From Dehalococcoidia bacterium (GTDB lineage: Bacteria; Chloroflexota; Dehalococcoidia; Lucifugimonadales; UBA3495): a stretch of DNA of 64,000 nucleotides. A model generated the notes under the pieces. That model ran no database searches. It saw only the letters and a list, made by a program, of their open reading frames with translations, and had not been told where the DNA came from. The number at the start of each line of letters is the position of its first letter. Positions within the stretch are counted from its first letter, which is position 1. Position numbers and translations under genes: made by a program. Below are positions 29,860 to 41,345 of the stretch, one piece after another. The DNA is taken from NCBI GenBank assembly GCA_965222025.1, contig CBDCTI010000011.1, positions 70,990 through 134,989 on the forward strand, written 5' to 3'.

Positions 29860-31749
29860 TTACTCTTCCATCCAGAGATGCTCGATACCCATGCCGTACT
29901 GGACGGTCTGCCTGGGCACATAGTTCTTGACCCTTGCGGGCACGATCCAGCGGGGATCGCCGTACCAATAGTACTGGATCATGTGGTGCTCGCCCTTCAG
30001 GATGATGGCCTCGGCCTCCCGTATCAGCGCCTGGCGCTTGGCCAGATCGGGCTCGCTCTTCTGCTCCTCGAAGATTGCCCGTATCTCGGGGTCTTCGTAA
30101 TCGAGAGGATTGCGGGGCGCTCCTGCCAGATACACGCCACTCAAAAGGTCGTCCGGGTCAACGATGTTGGGGCCGTTGTGCACGCTGACGAAGTGGCTGA
30201 AGTCCTGTTCCTGCTCCGCAGCGATGGTGGCAGCGGTGTCGGTGATCTTGATGTCAAGATCGATACCCAGGATGTCCGACAGTTGCTGCTTCAGGATCAC
30301 CGGAATATTTCTGTTGGCCGTATAGGTATGGTAGTTGGCGGAGAAGCCGTCGGCGTATCCCGCATCCACCATCAGCTGCTTGGCCTCCGCGATGTCGTCG
30401 GGGTGCTTGCTCAGCCCGTCAACGCCGATGGGGTCTCCCTCATACAGGTTGCCGTCCGCGTCGACATAGCGGAAGCCGGGCCAGGTGGCAACCGTTTCAT
30501 CGCTGGAGGCCCAGGGAGAGCCTGGGAAGAAGGGTTGCCCCATCTTGGCAAAGCCTAGCTTGTCAACGTCGGCCATTTCCTTGCGGTCGATGGCCAGGAA
30601 CACGGCGCGGCGCACCTTGGGATCCTCGAAGGGCGGCGCTGTCCATTTCATGTTGGTCAATCCCTGAAGGGTGAAGCCGGGCGAGTAGACCACGCCCAGC
30701 CCGTCGGATTCCCAATTGTTCTTGAAGGACACCATGTCGGTGAGGGGCAGCAGGGATCCGCGATGGACTATGTCCACCTGGTCATTATGGAAGGCCGTGA
30801 TGAAGCGGTCCTTGTCAGTAATGTAAAAGGTCTTCTTTCCGTCGGCGAAGGGAAGGTTGTCCTTGAAGTAGTTGGGGTTGCGTTCGAACTCCCAGGCCTC
30901 GCCGATCTGCAGGCTGCCCTTAACGAAGATGAAGGCACCGGAACCGACGATGTTATCAGGGTCGTCGAAGAATTCTTCGGCATCTTCCCTTCCTTCCAGC
31001 ACGTGCTTGGGCAGAACGGACATAAAGTCCACCGCGAGGAAGGGGAGGAACGCGGCAGGAGTGGGGAACTTGGTTTTCACTGCAACGGTGTTGGGATCAA
31101 TGGCCTCAGAGCCGTCGTAGTACGGGGTGATGTTCTTCACCCTGGGGCGGGAAACGTCCTGCTGGATCATGCGATCGAGGCTGAAGACCACGTCATCGGC
31201 GGTAACAGGCTCGCCATCCGACCAGACGGCGTTTTCCCACAGCTGGAAGGTAACGGTCAGACCGTCGTCGGACCATTCCCAGCTCTTTGCGAGGTCGCCG
31301 ACTAGGGTCAGCTGGTCGGTGGGGTCGTAAATGAGCAGGTTGTTAAACAGGTCGCGGGATGCAGCCGGTCCGGGGTTACAGCAGGACTGGTGCAGGTCCC
31401 AGTGGTCGGGCAGCACCGCCTCCGCATTGTTCATAACGCGGGTCTGCTGTCCTTGGTCGGCGAACTTGGCCCAAGGCTTTTCGCCCTCTGTGGCTTCCAC
31501 TACTCCACGGGTTGGCACTACAGCGGTTACCACCTGGGGAGGTGTGGCCACTGCCGTCGGAGCTGCGGATGTCGCGGCAGCTGTTACAGGGGCAGTCGTT
31601 GAGCCTGGTGCTGCTGTTGGAGCTGGTGCTGAAGTGGCCGCAGATTCGTCAGGCTGTTCGGCACTGCCGCAGGCCAAAAAGGCAGCCAATGCCAGAATCG
31701 CCACCATTGTTAGCAGGAATCTTTGCCTGGATTGCCATTTTTTGAACAT
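29860..31749 (-). CDS. Peptide/nickel ABC substrate-binding lipoprotein 2
   Basis: Lipobox FLAC; close paralogue of 25905..27806 (shared DHWD.HQSCCNPGPAA). Confidence 0.9.
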   Translation of the reverse strand: MFKKWQSRQRFLLTMVAILALAAFLACGSAEQPDESAATSAPAPTAAPGSTTAPVTAAATSAAPTAVATPPQVVTAVVPTRGVVEATEGEKPWAKFADQGQQTRVMNNAEAVLPDHWDLHQSCCNPGPAASRDLFNNLLIYDPTDQLTLVGDLAKSWEWSDDGLTVTFQLWENAVWSDGEPVTADDVVFSLDRMIQQDVSRPRVKNITPYYDGSEAIDPNTVAVKTKFPTPAAFLPFLAVDFMSVLPKHVLEGREDAEEFFDDPDNIVGSGAFIFVKGSLQIGEAWEFERNPNYFKDNLPFADGKKTFYITDKDRFITAFHNDQVDIVHRGSLLPLTDMVSFKNNWESDGLGVVYSPGFTLQGLTNMKWTAPPFEDPKVRRAVFLAIDRKEMADVDKLGFAKMGQPFFPGSPWASSDETVATWPGFRYVDADGNLYEGDPIGVDGLSKHPDDIAEAKQLMVDAGYADGFSANYHTYTANRNIPVILKQQLSDILGIDLDIKITDTAATIAAEQEQDFSHFVSVHNGPNIVDPDDLLSGVYLAGAPRNPLDYEDPEIRAIFEEQKSEPDLAKRQALIREAEAIILKGEHHMIQYYWYGDPRWIVPARVKNYVPRQTVQYGMGIEHLWMEE

Positions 31750-31906
31750 GAATCACCAAAATGTTACGAAATTATACGCCAGTGTTTCCGGCCGTTCGAA
31801 TTGAATAGGCGCAATAATAGGCAGGCCCAAACCGAGTGTCAACCCTATTTGGCAGAATGTTGCTGAATAGTTAAATCGGTATTTCTAATCCTGTCCGTTA
31901 AGCAAT

Positions 31907-31946
31907 ATACTATTTGCAAATATGCGATACTATTTGCAAATATGCG
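31907..31946. repeat. Perfect 20-bp tandem duplication, each unit holding palindrome TATTTGCAAATA
   Basis: ATACTATTTGCAAATATGCG twice, in the divergent ABC/sodN intergenic region. Confidence 0.85.
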
Positions 31947-32162
31947 ACGAAAAGTGTCACAAAGACTTTCGAAATCGCTACTGAGCCAGATTCATGAATG
32001 GTGGTCCCCGCGGGCCTTGCGAGAGGGCACCACGGCGGCGGCAGGCGCCCGCGATGGGTTGCGCAGCTAGGGGATTTCCTTTAATCTTTTGAGCGACTTG
32101 TATTGCTTCGAGCGTCGAACGGTGTTGAGTCAGCAAACTCTGAAATCAAGAATTGGAGGGGC

Positions 32163-32636
32163 ATGATGTTTAATCCCCTGGGTTGGATCAAGCCTACGGT
32201 AGCCAAGGCCCACTGCGACATTCCCTGCGGTATTTATGACCCTGTCTCCGCCAAGATCGCGGCGCAGACGGTGCAGAAGATGGTCCTGCGAATGCAGAAC
32301 CTGGAGCATCCGGCTCCCGGATCCGAGATGTCTGCACATCAGGCGTTCGCCAACACCTTCAACCGCTACGTGCAGGTGAAGGAAGAGCACGCCGAGAAGT
32401 GCAAGGAAGAGCTGCGGATTCTCTGGGCCGATTACGCATGGCCCGGCACCGACGCCGCCGAGATTGCGGCCAAGTTCAATGCGGCCATTAAGCTGGCTGG
32501 CCAGTGCAAGCAGACCGTCAGCATGGAAAACGCCGAGAACCTGGTGGCTGCCTGCGACGACATCGCCGCTGCCTTCTGGGGCACCAAGAACCAGGAATAT
32601 AGCGACCCCCTGGCCGCCGCCCGTTACGGTACGTAG
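32163..32636 (+). CDS. sodN: Nickel superoxide dismutase precursor
   Basis: Short leader followed by the Ni-hook HCDIPCGIYDP; GGAGGGG RBS before ATG 32163. Confidence 0.93.
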   Translation: MMFNPLGWIKPTVAKAHCDIPCGIYDPVSAKIAAQTVQKMVLRMQNLEHPAPGSEMSAHQAFANTFNRYVQVKEEHAEKCKEELRILWADYAWPGTDAAEIAAKFNAAIKLAGQCKQTVSMENAENLVAACDDIAAAFWGTKNQEYSDPLAAARYGT

Positions 32637-32720
32637 GCCGCTCTGGACAGGGTTTGAAACAGGACCAGGGGCGCACAACCGTGCGCCCCTATGTTTTTCC
32701 TCGGCTCTTGCGGAATAGGA

Positions 32721-32752
32721 AACAGGAGCGGGCTAGAAAGCCCGCTCCTGTT
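32721..32752. terminator. Bidirectional terminator between sodN and hsp20
   Basis: AACAGGAGCGGGCT-AGAA-AGCCCGCTCCTGTT between convergent genes. Confidence 0.7.
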
Positions 32753-32791
32753 CAATTTTGATTAGCCGGGGGCAGGCCATGCTCCCCGGGC

Positions 32792-33259
32792 CTAGGCCGC
32801 TTCGACTGCGGGCGGGCCCTCCACGACCTTGACGTCGAACTGCTTGGCACGCTTGGCCTCGGCCTTGGGCAGGGTGATGGTCAGCACGCCGTGCTCGTAG
32901 CGAGGCTGCGCCTTGTCCTGGTCCACGGTGTCGGGCAGGCGCAGGGAGCGGTGGAAGGAGCCGCTGCGGCGCTCACGCATCAGGTAATTGCGATCGGAGT
33001 TCTCGAAGTGAGAAGCGGTACCGCCCCTGATGGTGAGTACGTTTTCCTCGATGGACACCTGGATGTTGTCGGGGGCCACGCCCGGGAGGGAGGCGCGGAC
33101 AACGAAATCGTCGCCATCGGCCACCACGTCCAGAGGCGCGGCCCATGCTTCAATGCCACCGCCGTCTTCGTGATGGGTAGCGAAACGCTTCCACATTCGA
33201 TCCATGTTTTCCTGCATTTGCCGCAGTTCGCTGAAGGGGCCCCGTCGTTGCATCATCAT
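32792..33259 (-). CDS. Hsp20/alpha-crystallin small heat-shock protein
   Basis: PLDV...ASLPGV....I.VS...NVLTIRG, RERRSGSF.RS.RLP..VD......YEHGVLTITLPK. Confidence 0.93.
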   Translation of the reverse strand: MMMQRRGPFSELRQMQENMDRMWKRFATHHEDGGGIEAWAAPLDVVADGDDFVVRASLPGVAPDNIQVSIEENVLTIRGGTASHFENSDRNYLMRERRSGSFHRSLRLPDTVDQDKAQPRYEHGVLTITLPKAEAKRAKQFDVKVVEGPPAVEAA

Positions 33260-33331
33260 GGCTTCCTCCTAAATTCCTATGCTCTGATTGGGTTTTGGAT
33301 GGACGCTCGTTGCCGTTGGTCCGGCACCGGG

Positions 33332-33511
33332 CTAGAAGTAGTAGCGGACGCCGGGGGTGGGAACCGTGTATGCCAGGATGGGCTTGCCGGGGCTCCCGCG
33401 GCGATCGGCCTGTTCCAGGATGTCCGAGACCTGCCGGGCAACCTTTTCGTTCAACTCGCGGGTCTTCTCCTCCACTGCTGCGTGCGGGTTCTGTAACTCT
33501 GCTGCTGCCAT
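33332..33511 (-). CDS. Unannotated 59-aa protein upstream of hsp20
   Basis: GGAGGAG RBS then ATG 33511: MAAAELQNPHAAVEEKTRELNEKVARQVSDILEQADRRGSPGKPILAYTVPTPGVRYYF*, with genome-typical codon use. Confidence 0.7.
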   Translation of the reverse strand: MAAAELQNPHAAVEEKTRELNEKVARQVSDILEQADRRGSPGKPILAYTVPTPGVRYYF

Positions 33512-33540
33512 TTCGCTCCTCCAATGTGGTCTACGAGGAG

Positions 33541-33575
33541 ACTATAAAAGTTGATATGATTTGTGTCAACTCAAT
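33541..33575 (-). promoter_or_regulatory. Sigma70-type promoter TTGACA-N17-TATAGT overlapped by HAIR-like inverted repeats
   Basis: -35 at 33564-33569 and -10 at 33541-33546 on the minus strand; GTTGATA-N7-TGTCAAC at 33550-33570 resembles CTTGAGT-N7-ACTCAAG. Confidence 0.75.
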
Positions 33576-33716
33576 TATAACGTAGCGTATCCATTTGACT
33601 CGATTCGTATAATTGTGTGGACTCTTCCGGAATAAATATCTTCCTGGGGAAAGCAGGAAATTTCGGAGGGGCCGTAACCAGGGACGGACCGGTGCTCATC
33701 CTGGGGACCGGGTGGG

Positions 33717-34147
33717 GTGGCAATGCAGCAGACACGGGGAATTTACCTGATCAGCGTGGTGGCGGAGACGCTGGACATGCATCCGCAGACGCTGCGCAAG
33801 TACGAGCGGGCGGGGTTCGTGGTGCCACTGCGCATGGGGGCGCTGCGGACCTACTCGGACGAGGACGTGGCGCGGCTACGGCTGATCAAGCACTTCGTGG
33901 ACGACATGGGACTGAACCTGTCGGGGGTGCAGCTGGCGCTGAAGATGACATCCGAGCTGCTGGCTCTCCGCCGGGAGGCGGCCACAGCCGGGGCCGCAGT
34001 GGAGCGAATAGACGAGATGCTGGCAACGGTGGGTGTGCGGGTGGTGCAGCGGCAGGAACCTGAGCCAGCCGAGGAGCCGGGGGACAGCTGGTTCCAAGTG
34101 AACGAGGGCGAGGCCGTGGAGTTTGGTACGGGGACGGGTGAAGCCTA

Positions 34148-34148
<1 letters not shown>
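33717..34148 (+). CDS. hspR: HspR-like MerR-family heat-shock repressor
   Basis: YLISVVAETLDMHPQTLRKYER.G.V.P.R.G..R.YSDEDV.RL..I......GLNL.GV. Confidence 0.82.
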
Positions 34149-35369
<1,221 letters not shown>

Positions 35370-35370
<1 letters not shown>

Positions 35371-36424
35371 TAGCTGCTTAGCTCTTCCAAAAGGGAATTC
35401 ACCGCTAACGTGAATGCTGGGTCAACAATTGCGGTGTCATTTTGGCCCTTATGTATGACACCAATAGACGTCAGCGAATTCAGTGCTTTGTCGACTGCCC
35501 GTCGCACGTCGAAGTCATCTAGTAGACTATCTTCTCTGGAACCGTCATCTCGGAATCGGGCACGAATAGACCAGCTCTCTGCAGCCTTTAGCCACGTTAT
35601 CCGTTTAGATTCAGTAACGGCTTCCAGTATCCCTTTGAGTCGTAAAACGCCCCCTGAACCGAACTGAGTTACCAAGAAAGTTCTTATTTCTTGGTCATCT
35701 ATTTCTCGAATTGCGAGGGTTCTTGAAATTCGATTTCTGCGAACGTGGGCATTCCACCTACTGACTAGATGTTCGATGCCAGCCAGCGAAAGGATAAAAA
35801 CTGTGAAGGCAATAAGGGAGCCAGGCAAGTAAATGAGTGTTCTAACGGCATGAGTTAGAAAATTTCCGGGAAATAGGCTAGAGAAAAAGCCTCCCTCTTG
35901 CTGGTCGGTTGATTGCGCCACTACGGGTATCTGATCAATTCCGGCGATCTTTCCGACCGCGAAGAAAGAGGGTATATCATCTTTCGAATGTAGCAGCAAA
36001 GCTTCCACGTCAAAATGCTTGCCCTTTTCAAAAATCACTTTTCGGAATGAAACGGTGTCTACGCCTACCACTTGAGGGTCTATCCTCGATGATAGGAATT
36101 CAGAATTAGAGTCAACGACTCTAGCATCAATCACCTCTCCGTCGAGGAATTTCATTCCCCAGGTGATTTCGCTGTCATAGTTGCCTTCCAGAATATTCAT
36201 CCCACCAGTGTTTGAAACTCTTACCGTTAACACCCTAAGGTTCAAATTCCGTTCTTGAACGTTCTGACCCCGAAATGATATGGCCAAATCTTCAACACGT
36301 CTGTGGACGTCAAGAACATTTGTATCGGCAATGGTCTCATAGGCTACTTTTGGTCCTGGCTCCCTATCGATCCAATACGAAATCACTATTCCGATGAGGG
36401 TTACGACTAGAGCTATGATGAAGG
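35370..36424 (-). pseudogene. Low-GC hypothetical membrane protein, main part; N-terminus (about 37995-38078) separated by IS1182
   Basis: Removing the IS and one CTAG gives the in-frame join ...SGRQIVL|AFIIALVVTLIGIVISYW...; second hydrophobic segment near LIAFTVFILSLAG. Confidence 0.7.
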
Positions 36425-37994
36425 CTAGCAGCCCGTCCGAGAAACGGGGTTGGTGAGCCGTTGGGGGTATGATGGTACGGAGCATCAGACGATCGGAGCG
36501 GTCAATGAGCAAGACCTACCTTCCCTACGACCCGGACCAGCAGTTGCTGCTGCCGGCGGCCCTCCAGGAATGGCTGCCGCCGGAGCACTTGGCCTACTTC
36601 ATCTCCGACGTTGCGGACCAGTTGGACCTCTCGGACATCACCGCCCGCTACGAGCAGGAGAGGCGGGGCGGCCCGCCCTACCATCCCAGGATGATGGTGA
36701 AGGTGCTGCTCTACGGCTACTGCACCGGCGTGGCCTCCTCGAGGCGCATCGCCCAGCGGCTGCACGAGGACATCGCCTACCGGGTGCTGGCGGCGAACAA
36801 CACGCCGGACTTCCGCACCGTCTCCGACTTCCGAAAGGACCATCTGGAGGCGTTGGGGGAATTGTTCCTGCAGGTGCTGGAGTTGTGCCAGCAGGCAGGA
36901 CTGGTAAAGCTGGGGCACGTGGCCCTGGACGGGACCAAGGTGAGGGCCAATGCCTCAAAGCACAAGGCGATGAGCTACGGGCGGATGAAGGAGAAGGAAG
37001 CGCGGTTGCAGGCCGAGGTGGACGAGTTGCTCCGCAAGGCGCAGGAGGTGGACGAGGAGGAGGACCGCCGGTACGGGAAGGACAGGCGTGGGGATGAGTT
37101 GCCGGAGGAACTGGCCTTCCGGGAGGGACGGTTGCGGAAGATAAGGGAGGCCAAGGCGGCGCTGGAGGCCGAGGCCCTGGCGGATGCGGAGCAGGCTGAG
37201 TCCGAGGGACGCAATCATCTCGGGGTGCCTGATGACAAGGCGCAGCGGAACTTCACCGACCCGGACTCCCGGATCATGCCCGGCCCGGGAGGGAGGGACT
37301 TCCAGCAGTCCTACAACTGCCAGGCGGTGGTGGACAGCGAGCATCAGGTGATCGTGGCGGCCTGTGCCACCGATCAGCCCTCGGACAAGGATCAGGCCGT
37401 GAGCATGATTGAGGAGGCCATCCTGAACGTGGGCACAGTCCCAAAGGAAGTCTCCGCCGACGCCGGATACTACTCGGCCAAGGCGGTGGAGGAACTCTAC
37501 GCCCTGGGAGTGGACCCGTTCGTCGCGCCGGAGAGGACCCGCCACGGCTGGGTGCCGCCACCGGCGCCCCGTGGCCGCATACCGAAGGGGCTGTCAGCCA
37601 AGGACCGGATGCGGCGCAAGCTGCGGACGAAACGGGGCAGGGAACGCTACGCGCTTCGGATGGAGACGGTGGAACCGGTATTCGGGCAGATCAAGCAGGG
37701 CCGGGGCTTCCGGCAGTTCCTGCTGCGGGGTCTGGCTAAGGTGAACCGGGAGTGGCTGATCATCTGCGCCGGCCACAACCTGCTGAAGCTGTTCCGGTAT
37801 GGGGCCGGGATGTTCGTCAAGGCGAGGGGAAAAGGCGCCACTGGGAACGACAGGGAGACGCGCCGGTCCATGGGCAGTGGGATTTTCAAGCGACAATCCG
37901 CAGGTGCCTACCCGCACCCCGCCAGAACCGTTGTCGCAGGGTAGTCCCGGCTGACCGACACCGCCAGTCGGTCAATCCTCAGACGGGCTGCTAG
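36425..37994 (+). mobile_element. IS1182-family element
   Basis: Inverted ends CTAGCAGCCCGTC(C/T)GAG; CTAG present at both junctions. Confidence 0.88.
36505..37944 (+). CDS. IS1182-family transposase
   Basis: GGPPYHPRMMVKVLLYGY...SSRRI, PDFRT.SDFRK, ALDGTKVRANASK, NFTDPDSRIM, SADAGY, VEPVFGQIK. Confidence 0.92.
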   Translation: MSKTYLPYDPDQQLLLPAALQEWLPPEHLAYFISDVADQLDLSDITARYEQERRGGPPYHPRMMVKVLLYGYCTGVASSRRIAQRLHEDIAYRVLAANNTPDFRTVSDFRKDHLEALGELFLQVLELCQQAGLVKLGHVALDGTKVRANASKHKAMSYGRMKEKEARLQAEVDELLRKAQEVDEEEDRRYGKDRRGDELPEELAFREGRLRKIREAKAALEAEALADAEQAESEGRNHLGVPDDKAQRNFTDPDSRIMPGPGGRDFQQSYNCQAVVDSEHQVIVAACATDQPSDKDQAVSMIEEAILNVGTVPKEVSADAGYYSAKAVEELYALGVDPFVAPERTRHGWVPPPAPRGRIPKGLSAKDRMRRKLRTKRGRERYALRMETVEPVFGQIKQGRGFRQFLLRGLAKVNREWLIICAGHNLLKLFRYGAGMFVKARGKGATGNDRETRRSMGSGIFKRQSAGAYPHPARTVVAG

Positions 37995-38134
37995 GACAAT
38001 TTGTCGCCCTGAAACCCCGAAAAATTGAAATGCATTCTTTGTTCTATTTCTTCCGCTTTCTTGATTCATGTTCGGCATAACATATTTGCCAGTATCCAAA
38101 ATCGGCGGTCGCCGAAAATACTAGTTGGCTTAGC

Positions 38135-39421
<1,287 letters not shown>

Positions 39422-39448
39422 GGCTGTTCCTCGTGCTATTGCGGGAAT

Positions 39449-40225
39449 CTACGGAATCTTACGAACGCGGTAGTTTCCGGGGCTGCCTTCAAGGCGAATG
39501 GACCCGGAAGGCGTGGGGTAGTCCGCCAGGGAGCGGATGGCTTCCGAGACCTCGTCCCTGTCGACTTCCGGGATGCTGTCCAGGTCAGCCTGAGCCCCCG
39601 GAGAAAGTTCGACCAAGGGACGGCCGTAATCGGGGCCGGGGTCAGGCGGCTCGAAGGGGATGCGCTCTCTGGAGGCGAGGTCGCGGGACTCGGAAAACTC
39701 CATCAGCATAAGGATGTCCTCGAAGTCTTCCCAGGCACGCTGGAACGGGGGCGCGTTCAACGGGGGCATGTATCGCTGCAGTTGGTCGAACTGGACGATG
39801 GGTTCCCATCGGTTCTGGAAGAAGGAGACATACTCCCGCAGGGAGTCGGCGAATGAGTCCGGCCGTGCCGCGTCGAGGCTCAGCCTGACCAGGCCCAGCT
39901 CTTCGACCGGTTCGGCTTAGACGAAAAAGGAGATGGATGGGAAGACCCAGACGCTGTCTATCTCCTCTCCGGAGGGCTCAACGCAGAGAAGGAAGAGCTC
40001 CGGCCGTGGCTGGAAGTCAGGCACGGAAAAATAACAATCTTCTTCCGTGCTGTCGTCGGAAGGGGATATGGTCTGAAGCTCCAGTCTACGGCCCATGACG
40101 GTGCTTATACCGATACCGCTGCCCGAGGTCCGGTAGGGCAGAACGCCGCGCTTCAGCAATTCGGAGAAGACCAGGGTTTCCACCCTTTTGGATTGGTATG
40201 TATTATCGCTGGCGCCAAAAATCAT
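39449..40225 (-). pseudogene. Nuclease-like N-terminal domain fused to a truncated RelE/ParE-like domain, internal TAA
   Basis: ORFs 39917..40225 and 39449..39769 share a frame, separated only by TAA at 39917-39919. C-terminus VELSPGAQADLD.I...I..LA.YP.P.G...L.G....YRVR. Confidence 0.55.
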
Positions 40226-40312
40226 TGGGTCGACTCTGCAACTGGGACGTCTTCTTCCTATCCCCTCCGAGCGGAGGGAATGCTTTCCGGGGATGCCGCT
40301 GGAGAAGGGCGA

Positions 40313-41299
40313 TTACTCCTGTTGCCAGCGGGCGACGTCCTTGGCGAAGTAGCTGATGATGATGTCGGCACCGGCGCGCTTGATGCCTGTGAGGAGCTCG
40401 GTGGCGACCGGGCGTTCGTCGATCCAGCCGTTTTGGGCAGCGGCCTTGACCATCGAGTACTCACCGCTGACGTTGTACGCCGCCAGCGGGTGGCTGAAGC
40501 GGTCCCGGGCCTCGCGGATCACGTCCATGTAGGCCATGGCGGGTTTGACCATCACAATGTCGGCGCCCTCGGCGATGTCGCTCTCAATTTCACGCATGGC
40601 CATACGCGAGTTGGCGGGATCCATCTGGTAGGTCTTGCGGTCGCCGAACTGTGGAGTTGAACCGGCGGCAACGCGGAAGGGGCCGTAGAAGCCGGAGGAA
40701 AACTTGGCGGCATAGCCCATGATGGGGGTGTCGTCGTAGCCGTTGGCGTTGAGGGCCTGACGGATAGCCCAGACCTGGCCATCCATCATGGCCGACGGGG
40801 CCGGCAGGTCGGCGCCGGCCTGCACGTGGGACAGCGCAGTCCGGGCCAGTAACTCCAGCGTGGCGTCGTTGTCCACGCGGCCATTGTCGATAACGCCGCA
40901 GTGGCCGTGATCGGTGTACTCGCACATGCAGACGTCGGTGGACACCAGCATGCCGGGGTGGTCGCGCTTGATAACGCGGACGGCCTCCTGCACGATGCCC
41001 TCAGGGTCGTATCCTTCAGTGCCCAAGGGATCTTTCTCGGCAGGCAGGCCAAAGAGCAGCACACCGCCGATGCCCAGTTCCGCAGCCTCACCAACCTCTT
41101 CCGACATGACGTCCAAGGAGACCTGGTAGCAGCCTGGCATGGGCTCGATGGCCTCACGCACCCCGTGGCCGTGCATCACGAACATAGGGTAGATGAACTC
41201 CTTGGGCGAGAGGCGGGTCTCCCGAGCCAGGTTACGCAGAGGGTCGGTCCCGCGCAGGCGGCGGAGGCGGGTCTCGGGATAGGCGTTGTAACCTGTCAT
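40313..41299 (-). CDS. hemB: Porphobilinogen synthase
   Basis: DVCMCEYTDHGHCG, APSAMMDG, YGPFR, YQMDP, MVKPA, YNVSGEYSM. Confidence 0.96.
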   Translation of the reverse strand: MTGYNAYPETRLRRLRGTDPLRNLARETRLSPKEFIYPMFVMHGHGVREAIEPMPGCYQVSLDVMSEEVGEAAELGIGGVLLFGLPAEKDPLGTEGYDPEGIVQEAVRVIKRDHPGMLVSTDVCMCEYTDHGHCGVIDNGRVDNDATLELLARTALSHVQAGADLPAPSAMMDGQVWAIRQALNANGYDDTPIMGYAAKFSSGFYGPFRVAAGSTPQFGDRKTYQMDPANSRMAMREIESDIAEGADIVMVKPAMAYMDVIREARDRFSHPLAAYNVSGEYSMVKAAAQNGWIDERPVATELLTGIKRAGADIIISYFAKDVARWQQE

Positions 41300-41345
41300 G
41301 GCGCTACTCCTCAAATCGGTCAGCAACGAGCGGGTGCAGGGTGGT

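Noticed and set aside
31907-31946. Tandem repeats here, at 49727 and at 53276 as CRISPR arrays
   Set aside because: No unique spacers between units, too few copies, and no cas genes.
33595-33613. TTGACT...TATAAT as the hspR promoter
   Set aside because: The spacer is only 7 bp.
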